The notes beneath the pieces were generated by a model. That model was not told the DNA's origin. It searched no databases and was given only the letters and a program-made list of their open reading frames with translations. Shown piece by piece: positions 27,857 through 37,578 of a stretch of 64,000 nt of DNA (within the stretch, counting starts at the first letter, position 1; the number at the start of each line of letters is the position of its first letter). A program made the translations under genes and the position numbers. The stretch is from an uncultured Candidatus Saccharibacteria bacterium (lineage in GTDB: Bacteria > Patescibacteriota > Doudnabacteria > UBA920), in assembly GCA_964416765.1 (NCBI GenBank), contig CAYQEU010000001.1, positions 276,480-340,479 on the forward strand, read 5' to 3'.

Positions 27857-28221
27857 TGGGAAGCAGAATCGAGCTCAATGATACTCTTCAAATAACCAGG
27901 GAGCAGGGGTTTCCCGAAGAGCTGGATTACCAAAAGCATCTAGCCAGCCCTTTCACAGCTGATCAGTTTAGTGGCAGGATCTTTGAGTTTAACAATAAAA
28001 AAGACGTCAGGGTTTATCAGCAAATGCCGGTGAGGAATTTTTTGGCTGAAAACGTGGACGGGAAATGGCGTTACTGGGGCTTAGTTCATATTTTGGAAAT
28101 TACCCAAAATTACGAAACCCAAACCACCTCCGGAAAGTTCCGAATTGAATATATCTATACTCCGGAAGAAATGGAGCAAGCGTACAGCTTAATTGACCGA
28201 CGGCCAGACCAAAAACTTTAA
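27856..28221 (+). CDS. Hypothetical protein.
   Basis: ORF only. Confidence 0.4.
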   Translation: MGSRIELNDTLQITREQGFPEELDYQKHLASPFTADQFSGRIFEFNNKKDVRVYQQMPVRNFLAENVDGKWRYWGLVHILEITQNYETQTTSGKFRIEYIYTPEEMEQAYSLIDRRPDQKL

Positions 28222-28224
28222 TTA

Positions 28225-28252
28225 AAACCCCGCCAAGTGCGGGGATTTTTTA
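28225..28252 (+). terminator. Rho-independent terminator ccccgc-caagt-gcgggg followed by TTTTTT.
   Basis: Hairpin plus T-run. Confidence 0.6.
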
Positions 28253-28532
28253 TTAAAAAAAGTTGTCCGGGTCGGGCAATCCGGCTATGTTGTCAATTTT
28301 TTCTTCTTCTTCATCGTCGGGCATGTATAATCACCTCCCTTCGATATATCGACTTAATGCTACACCTGGTTACTTGGCAGTATTGGCCGTATTAGCAGGG
28401 CTGGCGGAATAATAGATAAATCGGTCACCGCTGTTTCCTTGGCGGGAAACCAATAACACAGCGAAAGCTATGACGAGTATTGCTCCAATAATCCACATGC
28501 TGGTTTTGCTCATATTGTTATTATAGCAAAAG

Positions 28533-30227
28533 TTAATGAAACCGCACGTGGTCGGACAATAGCGGGTCATCCTTTTTTGCCGCCAGTCTTTCTCCCGGCT
28601 CCTCTTTGAGCAAGAGGGAAGTGATAAAACCAAACACTAAAAATACCATGCCAAAAGCAATTGCGCGGCGGTTGGCCACCACGTTACTGTTGTTTATTAT
28701 TTCCGTTAACTCATCGCGAATTGGGACTTCAATTGGGCCGGAAAGGCGCGCGCTGCTACCGAACTCTACTTCACTGCTCTGGGCTTTTAGCGCCGAAACA
28801 ATATTTTCCTTGACCGGCTCCGGGATGACAGAACTGTTGTTTACCCCCAACCCAATGTTATAGGCCAGCGAGGAGATGAGAATTGACCCGATTATGGCTG
28901 AGCCAAGAGTGGAACCAATTTGTCTTATGGTGTTGGTTACTCCAGCCGCCTCGCCCGCTTCCTCTTCCGAAACGGCAGACAGGGTTAGGTTGCTGACCTG
29001 CGCCATAATGAATCCCATCCCTGCGCCAAACAGCATAAAGCCCGGAGCGATTTCCCACAACCCCGATTCGAGGTGGAGGTGGTAACGGACCAAACCAAAC
29101 CCGGCCAGTGTTATGAGCACGCCAAACTGCACCAGTCTGCGAGCCGAAATATATTTACTAAGAAAAGCCGAAAGTGGCGCGGAAATTAACAACATGACCG
29201 ACATAGGCAAAAGGGCTAAGCCGGTGTGCAGGGAATCATAATTTTTTACAGCCTGAAGAAATACTGGAATGGAAAATATCAACCCGGATTGGCTCAGAAA
29301 CAGTATCGCCGCGGTTAGTGTTCCCATCATGAACTGGCGGTTTCGGAGTAAGTCCAGCGAAACCAAAGGAGTGCGGCCGCGCTTGGCAGTGTAATATTCC
29401 CACCACATGAACAAACCGAGTAGGGCCACTCCGCCCGTTAGGAACAGGGGAGTAACGGAAAGGTTTCCCATGTTAACCGTATGGCCTACCAGAGTTAGGG
29501 GCTGATTGGCGATGAACCAACCATAAGTTGAAGTTTCCAGGAAAGCAAAAGTTATAGCTAATAGGCCCAGAGAGGAAAGGATTATGCCGACGACATCAAG
29601 GGTAGGAGCTTTGGGCCGTTTCCCTTCTTTAATAAGAAAAGTGCCAAGCAACAGAATTACGACGACCACAATGTTGATCTGGAATCCCCAGCGCCAGGAG
29701 TAATTAGTGGCGAGCCACCCGCCCAGCACCGGTCCTATGGCGGTGGAGGCGGCAGCCAGGCCTCCCCAAACGCCAAAGGCTATGGCGCGGTCCCGGCCGT
29801 GGTAATTGGCGATGAGCAAAGAAGCCGTGGCCGGCAGCATCAATGCCGCGCCCAGCCCTTCAATAATGGATTCGCCGATAATCATGGAACTGATGGAGTG
29901 GCTGAGTGAAGCGATTAGCGCCCCCGTCGCGAATAAAACAGCTCCCAGGACAAACATCTTCCGTCTGCCAAAAATATCACCCAGGCGCCCGCCCGTTATG
30001 GTAAAAGCGCCCAGGATGAGTGAATATATGGTAATAACCCACTGGATGTCTTCCAGGTTGGTATGCAAATCCACAATTATGGGCTTCAACGAAACGTTGA
30101 GCAGTGTCGTGTCAATTATGACAACGGAGAGGGCAAGCCCAAGGATAATTAAACCGCCCCATTTGTGAAATGGGGTTGGGTGGGTGCTGGGGAGAGAGTG
30201 TTCCTGGGGTACCGGATTTACTGCCAT
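28533..30227 (-). CDS. MFS transporter (DHA2/EmrB-like, 14 TM).
   Basis: 564 aa with MFS motifs GRLGDIFGRRK. Confidence 0.85.
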   Translation of the reverse strand: MAVNPVPQEHSLPSTHPTPFHKWGGLIILGLALSVVIIDTTLLNVSLKPIIVDLHTNLEDIQWVITIYSLILGAFTITGGRLGDIFGRRKMFVLGAVLFATGALIASLSHSISSMIIGESIIEGLGAALMLPATASLLIANYHGRDRAIAFGVWGGLAAASTAIGPVLGGWLATNYSWRWGFQINIVVVVILLLGTFLIKEGKRPKAPTLDVVGIILSSLGLLAITFAFLETSTYGWFIANQPLTLVGHTVNMGNLSVTPLFLTGGVALLGLFMWWEYYTAKRGRTPLVSLDLLRNRQFMMGTLTAAILFLSQSGLIFSIPVFLQAVKNYDSLHTGLALLPMSVMLLISAPLSAFLSKYISARRLVQFGVLITLAGFGLVRYHLHLESGLWEIAPGFMLFGAGMGFIMAQVSNLTLSAVSEEEAGEAAGVTNTIRQIGSTLGSAIIGSILISSLAYNIGLGVNNSSVIPEPVKENIVSALKAQSSEVEFGSSARLSGPIEVPIRDELTEIINNSNVVANRRAIAFGMVFLVFGFITSLLLKEEPGERLAAKKDDPLLSDHVRFH

Positions 30228-30266
30228 TATGTACTAATGATACTATACTACTAGGATTGCTAACAA

Positions 30267-30857
30267 ATGAATCTGATCAGGAAGATAGCTAAAATAATAC
30301 TGCTTGCCATTATTGGCGCGGTGGTGCTGGGGGCGGCGTTGGACGCCGCGCTGGTTTTTGGCTGGCCTCATATTCCACAGAAAATTGATCGTGCTGACGC
30401 CATCATTATTATGGGCGCGGCCATTAACACCCCAGCGCTGTATAACCGGACCATGGAGGGGTTGAAATTATACAATGAAGGCAAGGCTCCCGTGATGATT
30501 CTTTCCGGCGGCCGGATTTCTGACGCCGATATTTCCGAAGCCCAGTACATGCAAAAAGTTATCAGGCAGAATTCGGAAAAAGAGCCAAACATGATTCTGG
30601 AACAATCTTCCCATAACACCCTGGAGAACATCAGGAATTCAAAAGCCAAGTTACCAAAAGCCAAAAGCGTGATTATTGTATCGGACGAATTTCATATCGC
30701 GCGGGCGGTGCTGACGGCGCGAAGCAACGGGTTCGATGATGTCTATTGGAGTTATCCTGAACCAAATTATTATTCCAAGCCGGAACTGCGCAAATATTAT
30801 TTCCGCGAAATGGCGGCGATGATTAGTTATTTTCCTGATTTTTTCAGTAAGCGGTAA
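30267..30857 (+). CDS. DUF218 (YdcF/ElyC/SanA-like) protein.
   Basis: IIIMGAAIN...ILSGG...VSDEFHIARA pattern. Confidence 0.65.
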   Translation: MNLIRKIAKIILLAIIGAVVLGAALDAALVFGWPHIPQKIDRADAIIIMGAAINTPALYNRTMEGLKLYNEGKAPVMILSGGRISDADISEAQYMQKVIRQNSEKEPNMILEQSSHNTLENIRNSKAKLPKAKSVIIVSDEFHIARAVLTARSNGFDDVYWSYPEPNYYSKPELRKYYFREMAAMISYFPDFFSKR

Positions 30858-31258
30858 GCGTCGGGGGAATATGATTTTCACCTTGATTGTGCTATACTTG
30901 CACCGTTTCCAAACCGACAGAAATGCGGAGCGGAAACGTATTTTATCAAGGGGGAATTTCGTTATGGGTCTGATGACTCGTAAAACTAAAATTAACGCTG
31001 CCCGAGTGCTGGGGCAGTTGGACGACGACAATGTCGAGGACACCCGGAAAACAATCCGGTACGTTCCTCGATTTGAAGAGGGAGAAGAATTGCCTGGTTC
31101 GGCTTCGGCTGACCAACAGACGTACACATATTTGGTGCGTCGGCACCACACTCCCACTAGCGCTGGCTATTTTATGCCAGCATAACCACAAACAACCGTC
31201 AAAGGGCAAGGGGCGCCAAATCTTCGGAGGAGGCGCTTTTATCATACGCCGAGGCTTT

Positions 31259-31287
31259 TTGACAAAATATGAACCTTTTGGTATAAT
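31259..31287 (+). promoter_or_regulatory. Sigma70-like promoter TTGACA-N17-TATAAT for the rplJ-rplL operon, followed by a ~200-nt leader.
   Basis: ttgacaaaatatgaaccttttggtataat has the exact -35 and -10 consensus with extended TG. The leader 31288..31490 is probably the L10 autoregulatory region. Confidence 0.5.
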
Positions 31288-31490
31288 TTCATTAATTAAA
31301 TATCCCATGACAGTTGGCGGCCAGCAGGCCATAATCCGCAAAGCTTTATAGCTAGACGCGGCAAGCCCACCGAGGAACAAAGACTGCTTTCAGCAGGTCT
31401 ATATTGTACTCGGGAAACCGAGTTTTATTTTTCTCTACAATTTGGGTATTTAAGCAAGTAAAGGTCGAGATAGATAAGAAAGTACTATAT

Positions 31491-32003
31491 ATGTCAAAAA
31501 CGAAAGCCCAAAAAGAACAGGATTTGCAGGAATTAGTCGAACGGCTAAAGAATGCCAAATCCGTTGTAATGTCCGAATACCGAGGCACTACCGTAAAAGA
31601 CATCGACGCGTTTCGCCGTGCGCTTTCCGTTGAAAATGTTAAGAGCAAAGTATACAAAATTACTTTGATTAACAAAGCGCTGAAAGAAAACGGGATTGAC
31701 GCGGCGGTTGATTACAAAACACCGGTGATTCTTTCAACCTCTGAAGAGGAAGAAACTACCCCGGCCCGTCTGGTCAAGAAGATGTCCGGAACCATTCCGA
31801 CCATCCATATCTTGAGCGGTATTGTGGACAACCAGCTTGTTGGCAAAGAACAAGTTCTGGCCTTGGCAGACCTGCCAAGCAAGGAACAGCTCCGCGCCCA
31901 GGTTGTTGGCACTATTAACGCTCCTGTCACTGGTTTCGTTAACGTATTGGCAGGAAACTTGCGCGGCTTGATCAATGTGCTCAACGCTGTCGCTCAGAAA
32001 TAA
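31491..32003 (+). CDS. rplJ: 50S ribosomal protein L10.
   Basis: Start MSKTKAQKEQ. L10 family. Confidence 0.9.
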   Translation: MSKTKAQKEQDLQELVERLKNAKSVVMSEYRGTTVKDIDAFRRALSVENVKSKVYKITLINKALKENGIDAAVDYKTPVILSTSEEEETTPARLVKKMSGTIPTIHILSGIVDNQLVGKEQVLALADLPSKEQLRAQVVGTINAPVTGFVNVLAGNLRGLINVLNAVAQK

Positions 32004-32024
32004 TTAAGAAAGGAATTATCACAA

Positions 32025-32438
32025 ATGGCTGATGAAGAAAAGACTTCAGTAGAAGTCCCGGAAAAGTTCAAGTCTTTGGTTGAATCCATTGAAAAACTTT
32101 CCGTTTTGGAACTCTCCGAATTAGTTAAAGTATTAGAAGATAAGTTTGGTGTATCCGCTGCCGCTCCCATGATGATGGGCGCTATGCCTGCGGGTGCTGG
32201 CGCCGGTGCTGGTGCTGCTGAAGAAAAGACTGAATTCACAGTTGAGTTGACCTCTGCTGGTGAAAACAAGATCAACGTTATTAAGGTAGTTCGCGAAGTT
32301 ACCGGACTTGGTTTGAAAGAAGCCAAGGACATCGTAGACGCAGCTCCTAAGGTAGTTAAGGAAAACGTTGCTAAAGCTGAAGCTGATGATCTTAAAGCTA
32401 AGATCGAAGAAGCTGGCGGTACCGTTACCCTGAAGTAA
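32025..32438 (+). CDS. rplL: 50S ribosomal protein L7/L12.
   Basis: Ala/Gly-rich hinge and the conserved C-terminal domain [19 protein letters not shown]. Confidence 0.9.
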   Translation: MADEEKTSVEVPEKFKSLVESIEKLSVLELSELVKVLEDKFGVSAAAPMMMGAMPAGAGAGAGAAEEKTEFTVELTSAGENKINVIKVVREVTGLGLKEAKDIVDAAPKVVKENVAKAEADDLKAKIEEAGGTVTLK

Positions 32439-32450
32439 TAACTTCTATTG

Positions 32451-32479
32451 AAAGACCCTCGCGAGAGGGTCTTTTTTAT
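32451..32479 (+). terminator. Rho-independent terminator agaccctc-gcga-gagggtct followed by TTTTTT.
   Basis: Perfect 8-bp stem plus T-run after rplL. Confidence 0.7.
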
Positions 32480-32814
32480 TGCCTAAAATATGCTATTCTA
32501 GAATTATGATGAATGAAACACAGCACGGCGAAATGCCGGAAAGCCGCCTCGGGGAGATTATTCCTTTCTATGACGGCTTGCGTCAGCAGGTGAACGCCAT
32601 CACTTTTCACAATCTTAAGATGCCTTTTCTGCTCGAGTTCCAAAAGGCCCACCCGGATTATGGCGATTACAAGCTCTACCATATGCTTATTGGAAGCAGT
32701 AATTATAAAGGAGATTCCGAGATGGAGCTTGATACTGCCGATGGCACGCTGGAAAATTTTATCCGCCACACCTTACCAAATCTGATTGAACAAGAAAATA
32801 ACCCGGCTGAGTAG
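32479..32814 (+). CDS. Hypothetical protein.
   Basis: ORF only. Confidence 0.35.
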   Translation: MPKICYSRIMMNETQHGEMPESRLGEIIPFYDGLRQQVNAITFHNLKMPFLLEFQKAHPDYGDYKLYHMLIGSSNYKGDSEMELDTADGTLENFIRHTLPNLIEQENNPAE

Positions 32815-32818
32815 CGGG

Positions 32819-33397
32819 TTATTTTATTTCGTCAAAAGTAAATTTTTCCAATTCCCAAACGTTTATCCCATAACGTTCTTTCAGGACAAACCCGGCGGTT
32901 AACATTTCCGCGTCTTCCCATTTAAACCCGAGCTTTTCCGCGGCTGCTTTTATGCTGGCTTCATTGGGGCCTTCGATTTCCAGGTAAACCGGAACATTGC
33001 CTGGCCAGGTGTCTATGTCGATTTGAGTGTCGTCCAATGTAAACGAATGGCGCAGTTTTTCCTGCCGGCGGGAAAGCCGCAGCCCCACGGCCTGCAGGAA
33101 TTTTTCCACTTGTCCCGCGTCATTGGCTTCAAACTCAATTTCATCCACTTCCATGCCGCGGCGCGTGGCAATACTTTTGTGAGCGACATATACCCTGTCG
33201 CCTTTTGTCCGTATCCGTACCCAGACGTCGCCTTCGGGACGGTCATCATCTTTGGGGTAGAAAATAACCTCGGTCAAAAGAGTTTCTCCGAGGTCTTGTG
33301 CGCCCAGCTGATTCAGTTTTTCTAGGACTGCCGCTTTGTCGATTTCGAGGAATTTTACTTCCCGCTCGATGTTGTCGTTGTTTGGATTCGAATCCAT
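32819..33397 (-). CDS. CYTH-domain protein (class IV adenylate cyclase / triphosphatase family).
   Basis: EREVKF...E..E...LEIE pattern. Start taken at the internal Met at 33397. Confidence 0.65.
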   Translation of the reverse strand: MDSNPNNDNIEREVKFLEIDKAAVLEKLNQLGAQDLGETLLTEVIFYPKDDDRPEGDVWVRIRTKGDRVYVAHKSIATRRGMEVDEIEFEANDAGQVEKFLQAVGLRLSRRQEKLRHSFTLDDTQIDIDTWPGNVPVYLEIEGPNEASIKAAAEKLGFKWEDAEMLTAGFVLKERYGINVWELEKFTFDEIK

Positions 33398-33398
33398 T

Positions 33399-35480
33399 CT
33401 AGTAGGTAATGTTGAACTTAAGCAGGCTCGTCCCATTCAAAACGAAAATGAGTTTGTTTTTCTCATCAACCGTGAAGTCTTTCAGGTTGTTGAACTGGTC
33501 GCTCGTGTAGCTGATTTGCAGGGCTCCCGCGTCAGCTCCATTCTTTTTTATGACCAAAATAGTTTTATTTTGCCGGTCGAGCACGTATAAATAATTGAAC
33601 CCGTTCTCGGTGTAAAGTTTCAAATTGCCCGAGAGGGGAGAGGCGAGGTTGAGTTTGAAGTCCTGCTGTTTGCCTGATTGGAATTTGAGGATATTCCCGC
33701 TCGATAAAGCGACGTAGATATTTCCGTCAATCGCCATGTCTACAGCGCCTGACAACTGATCATTGGTAACGGATACCGTAGGTTTTGACACACCCTGCGC
33801 CCCGACGGCGTAGCTTGTGACGGTCTTGGCGGACTTGTTGATTATGTAAACCTTGCTGTTTACGGGGTAAGCTCTTAACCCGCCAAAATTGTCCTTGCCG
33901 GGCACGCTATCACCAAACGGAGAGCTAAGAATGCCGGTAGTCGGGTTCCAAGCGAATAATTCGCTGCCATTGTATATAACCGCGAGGTTATCCTTGAGGG
34001 CGGAGCTGTCCGCCACCGATTCGCTGGAGCGCAGCGCGTTATCTTCAACCTTACCAGTACTGCGGTTATATGACACAATGGTCCGGTTCGTTTCTGTAGC
34101 CAGGGTGGATGGCAGGACAATTAGGTTATCGGAATTGCTCAGGGTTGCGACTGAAGAGGGATTTACCGGTGTTTTCTTGTCCAGTTTGTTTAACAATTCA
34201 GTGTCGGCTTTGCGCACGTCGGCCAGTTGGGATTCATGCTCCTTGTCGTTTTCATAGGCTTTAAGGTCATTAGTGAGCTGGTTGGTGAGTTCTCTCGCCT
34301 TAGTTAAGTCGTTGTAAATCAAAGCAGAGTTCGCGTCGGTGGCCAGCTTTTGCATTTCGGTTAGTTTATTCTGGAAATCGCTGGTGGAGGTTTTGGATAC
34401 CTTCAAGCGGTGGCTTACCGCTATATTTATGATGAGCACCGCCAAAAATAGCAGAGCGCAAACGAAGAAAAACTTCTTTTGCCATGAGAAATTTCGGAAA
34501 GTGCTGGGGTGGAGCTGCTTGCGGGCCCGCTGGAACCGTTCGGTCATGAGTCCCATATTGGGTTTGCTGGCGAAGGAACGAACATTTTCCATGGTTGGTT
34601 TTGGCATGCGTCCGGCACCGCGGCGGATGGCGTCAATACTGCGGACGGAATATTTCTTAATTTGGACTCCCACGTTTTTTAGGTGGTCCATAGCCGATTT
34701 ATTTTCCCGTTCAATGTAGCGGTCCTGCAGTTCACCAACTGACACGGCGCTCCGGTCCACCTCATTCATCGGTTCAGTAATATAGTTGGCCAAGTCCACT
34801 TCACCCTCGGCTTCCTCGCCCGGTTCAATTTGCAAAGCAAAAATCGTGCCGAAGGCCACTTCGGGCCCGGCGTTGTCGCGCAGGATTTCAATAATTTCCG
34901 TGGCGGCTTCACCAAGCAAAGCATCTTCCAGGACGTTTTGGAGCCGGTCAATGGAAATATGGTTGAACAATTGGTTTGTGGAAAGTATGACCAGATCGTC
35001 CAGGCGCAAAGTTCCCACGGAAAGGTTTTCAAAAGTTTTTAGCGGATGGCGTGGCGGTTCGCTTTCCGTGATTGGGTTAAAGCGCCCGTCACGCAAAAGC
35101 AGTCCCGTCATTTTACCGGTGGAAGCAATGTATAAAGTTGAACCGGTCTTTACCGCAACAATCGCGTTTAGCTTGCCAATCCAGTGGGTCTTGCCAATTA
35201 GCGCCAGTTTACCAAGCTCTTCGTTGATGTGAGCAAGGGTGTTTTCAAACGTCGAATCGTTTACCAGCGAACGGTAACCCCGGCGCATAGCCGCGGCAAT
35301 TGCCTCGCAGATTCTTTGGCAGTCCGCGCTGGCTGCCGGGTTAAGCATAGGCAACTCGCACACCGCATACAGCTCGCTTTCGGTGGCGTCAACTTTTTCC
35401 GCCATGACAAAAACGTAGGTATTGGCCTGGCGCGGGTTGGCGATGTTTATTTTTGCAACTTGTGTTTCCAGTTCGGTCAT
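33399..35480 (-). CDS. Large single-pass membrane protein. The cytoplasmic N-terminal domain is possibly PP2C-like and the extracytoplasmic part is a beta-rich domain.
   Basis: 693-aa ORF with a TM helix near residue 330. The domain assignment is weak. Confidence 0.5.
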   Translation of the reverse strand: MTELETQVAKINIANPRQANTYVFVMAEKVDATESELYAVCELPMLNPAASADCQRICEAIAAAMRRGYRSLVNDSTFENTLAHINEELGKLALIGKTHWIGKLNAIVAVKTGSTLYIASTGKMTGLLLRDGRFNPITESEPPRHPLKTFENLSVGTLRLDDLVILSTNQLFNHISIDRLQNVLEDALLGEAATEIIEILRDNAGPEVAFGTIFALQIEPGEEAEGEVDLANYITEPMNEVDRSAVSVGELQDRYIERENKSAMDHLKNVGVQIKKYSVRSIDAIRRGAGRMPKPTMENVRSFASKPNMGLMTERFQRARKQLHPSTFRNFSWQKKFFFVCALLFLAVLIINIAVSHRLKVSKTSTSDFQNKLTEMQKLATDANSALIYNDLTKARELTNQLTNDLKAYENDKEHESQLADVRKADTELLNKLDKKTPVNPSSVATLSNSDNLIVLPSTLATETNRTIVSYNRSTGKVEDNALRSSESVADSSALKDNLAVIYNGSELFAWNPTTGILSSPFGDSVPGKDNFGGLRAYPVNSKVYIINKSAKTVTSYAVGAQGVSKPTVSVTNDQLSGAVDMAIDGNIYVALSSGNILKFQSGKQQDFKLNLASPLSGNLKLYTENGFNYLYVLDRQNKTILVIKKNGADAGALQISYTSDQFNNLKDFTVDEKNKLIFVLNGTSLLKFNITY

Positions 35481-35526
35481 ATCTTAGGTAATTATACTAT
35501 AAAAGAGTGTGATATAATAGCGATAT

Positions 35527-36123
35527 ATGACAACTCTTGCCTCGCTGGAAGTTATCCTTTCTTCAAACCAAAAATCAGCTCTTTTGGCTTTTCTAATGCT
35601 CGCCCCCGAGCGCTATTTTTCCACGGTGGAAATGGCCCGCCGCATTGGCTTGTCCACCTCCACAGTAGCGACCCTGCTCCAGCAGTTTTCACGCGATAAG
35701 TTGGTTAAGTCCGCCACGCGCGGCCGCGCTAAAGTATACGCTTTCAATCCTAAGCACGAATTAGCTGGCGAGATGCGCAGCTGGTTAAAAAACCACGGCG
35801 GCAAGTACGAAGATGAATTATTCACGGCCCTTGCAAAAGTGGGGGAGGTAAAAGCCGTATTTTTGTCTGGTATTTTTTCCGGCCAGCCCCAGCTTCCGGT
35901 GGACATCTTGATTGTCGGGAAAGTTAACTTAAAAAAACTTGATACCTTTTTGGAGCAGTGCAACAAGATGATGGGAACGGAGATCAATTATAGTATTATG
36001 TCGGAAGGGGAGTTCAAGATCCGGCGTGATACGTTTGACCGGTTTATCAAAGATATCTTTGATTATCCTCACGTAACAGTGCTGGATAAAATTAAAAAGC
36101 CGAAAGCGGCCCCAACCATATGA
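35527..36123 (+). CDS. Winged-helix transcriptional regulator with a C-terminal nucleotidyltransferase-like domain.
   Basis: N-terminal HTH (VEMARRIGLSTSTVATLLQQF). Confidence 0.45.
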   Translation: MTTLASLEVILSSNQKSALLAFLMLAPERYFSTVEMARRIGLSTSTVATLLQQFSRDKLVKSATRGRAKVYAFNPKHELAGEMRSWLKNHGGKYEDELFTALAKVGEVKAVFLSGIFSGQPQLPVDILIVGKVNLKKLDTFLEQCNKMMGTEINYSIMSEGEFKIRRDTFDRFIKDIFDYPHVTVLDKIKKPKAAPTI

Positions 36124-36368
36124 ACCTCTTCGACTTGAGCGCGATAGAAAAGTTATACCTGCAATTCCTGGCGAATTTCCCGCCAGTGGTGCAGCCCATA
36201 ATTTCTTTATTGCTGGCAGCGTTAATTGTTTACGCTGTAATCCAGGTTATCAAGAAAGATTTTGTTTACCTGATCCTGGTGGTGATTTTGCTCCCCGCGT
36301 CCATCCCGATCTTAAAAAATATTGTGGACAGCATAATACAGCTCATAACTTTCTTGATCCATCGCTAA
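36120..36368 (+). CDS. Small membrane protein (82 aa).
   Basis: Two TM helices. Confidence 0.4.
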   Translation: MNLFDLSAIEKLYLQFLANFPPVVQPIISLLLAALIVYAVIQVIKKDFVYLILVVILLPASIPILKNIVDSIIQLITFLIHR

Positions 36369-36429
36369 TATAAAAAACCGACCGGAAACGCTTATCGCAT
36401 CTCCGGTCTTTTCAAACCCATCTTGGCCG

Positions 36430-36717
36430 CTAAACCGCGACAGATTGTACCACGAGTGGTTCATTTACAACCTGCTGGCTGTGAATGAATGTTAATGGGG
36501 CACTGCATACCTGGCATTTATAGTCGCCAGGGACAACATTAAGGTTCCACTTATTGCAACGCGGGCAACTAGCGTCATCCTCTTTGTCGATGTAGGCAAT
36601 TTCCCTATTGGCTTCGGCATTTTGCATCGTGAGCGCTCTCCTGATTCCCCCTTGTCTATGCATACAGTGTAGCAAAAAATAGTTGTGGATAACTTTTATT
36701 AGTGTAACCCTTGACAT
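36430..36717 (-). CDS. Small zinc-ribbon protein, divergent from lexA (95 aa, or 66 aa from the internal Met).
   Basis: CPRC...CQVC motif. Confidence 0.45.
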   Translation of the reverse strand: MSRVTLIKVIHNYFLLHCMHRQGGIRRALTMQNAEANREIAYIDKEDDASCPRCNKWNLNVVPGDYKCQVCSAPLTFIHSQQVVNEPLVVQSVAV

Positions 36718-36737
36718 GGGGTATACGATCGTATACT
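36711..36737. promoter_or_regulatory. lexA promoter (TTGACA ... TATACT) overlapped by the perfect 16-bp palindrome GTATACGATCGTATAC, a candidate LexA operator.
   Basis: Palindrome at 36721..36736 in the 42-bp gap between the divergent genes. -35 TTGACA at 36711..36716. Confidence 0.5.
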
Positions 36738-36759
36738 ATGAAATTACTAATGACTTTTT

Positions 36760-37371
36760 ATGTCACTTACCGAAAGACAAAACCAACTTCTCAAATATAT
36801 AGTGGAGCAAATCCGGGATTATAACCTTCCCCCGTCCTTGTCAGAAATGGCCGAGTTCCTGGGCGTGAAGTCAAAACGCGCTGCCGCCAAGCATCTGGAA
36901 GCCCTGGAAGAGGGCGGGTACATTAAGACTTCAGGCAAAGCCAGGGGAATTACCGTCCTAAACAGCATGCGCGAAAGCCTTGAGAAAGGTTTGATCCGGG
37001 TGCCTATACTGGGAAACATCCAAGCCGGTTCACCGCACATGGCTGAAGAGCACATTGAAGACTGGATTAACCTCCCCCAGACACTCGTTCGTGGAAGACG
37101 GGACGTATTCGTCCTCAAAGTCAGGGGAGACAGCATGGTTAACGCAGGGATATTTGAAGGGGATTTGGTCATTGTGCGGCCCACCCGTGAAGCCAAAAAT
37201 AATGATATTGTCGTCGCCCTTCTCCATGACGAAGCCACGGTAAAGCGGTTTATCCAAATCAAGAACCGGGCTTACCTGAAAGCCGAGAACCCGGACTACG
37301 CCAACATTTACCCGAAAGAAGAGTGGATGATCCAGGGCAAAGTCGTGGGGGTCATAAGAAACTTAGAATAA
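36760..37371 (+). CDS. lexA: LexA repressor.
   Basis: N-terminal HTH, Ala-Gly cleavage region, GDSM serine and the conserved Lys (VKRF) of the S24 peptidase domain. Confidence 0.9.
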   Translation: MSLTERQNQLLKYIVEQIRDYNLPPSLSEMAEFLGVKSKRAAAKHLEALEEGGYIKTSGKARGITVLNSMRESLEKGLIRVPILGNIQAGSPHMAEEHIEDWINLPQTLVRGRRDVFVLKVRGDSMVNAGIFEGDLVIVRPTREAKNNDIVVALLHDEATVKRFIQIKNRAYLKAENPDYANIYPKEEWMIQGKVVGVIRNLE

Positions 37372-37394
37372 ATATATAAATTAAAGTTAAAGCC

Positions 37395-37574
37395 ATGTCA
37401 GAATTAGAAAGGTCAAAAAACAAAATCGTCACCCAGCTCCAGGGTCTGTGCGCCCACTGCGCCGCCGGCCGGGAGCACGACTGCCCCGTCCAGCAGATTG
37501 CCCGTGAGATCAAAGCCATCTCCGGCATCCCTCTACTGGTCAACAACGAGTTTAGGGGAGTGGTGTGGCAATGA
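37395..37574 (+). CDS. Small Cys-containing protein (59 aa) co-oriented downstream of lexA.
   Basis: MSELERSKNKIVTQLQGLCAHCAAGREHDCPVQQIAREIK... It is below the 60-aa track cutoff. Confidence 0.3.
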   Translation: MSELERSKNKIVTQLQGLCAHCAAGREHDCPVQQIAREIKAISGIPLLVNNEFRGVVWQ

Positions 37575-37578
37575 TGAT

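Noticed and set aside
28370-28633. 87-aa minus-strand ORF downstream of the MFS transporter.
   Set aside because: The long form overlaps the MFS gene end. Only a ~47-aa internal-Met version with one TM helix is plausible, and there is no homology. Not enough support to report as a feature.
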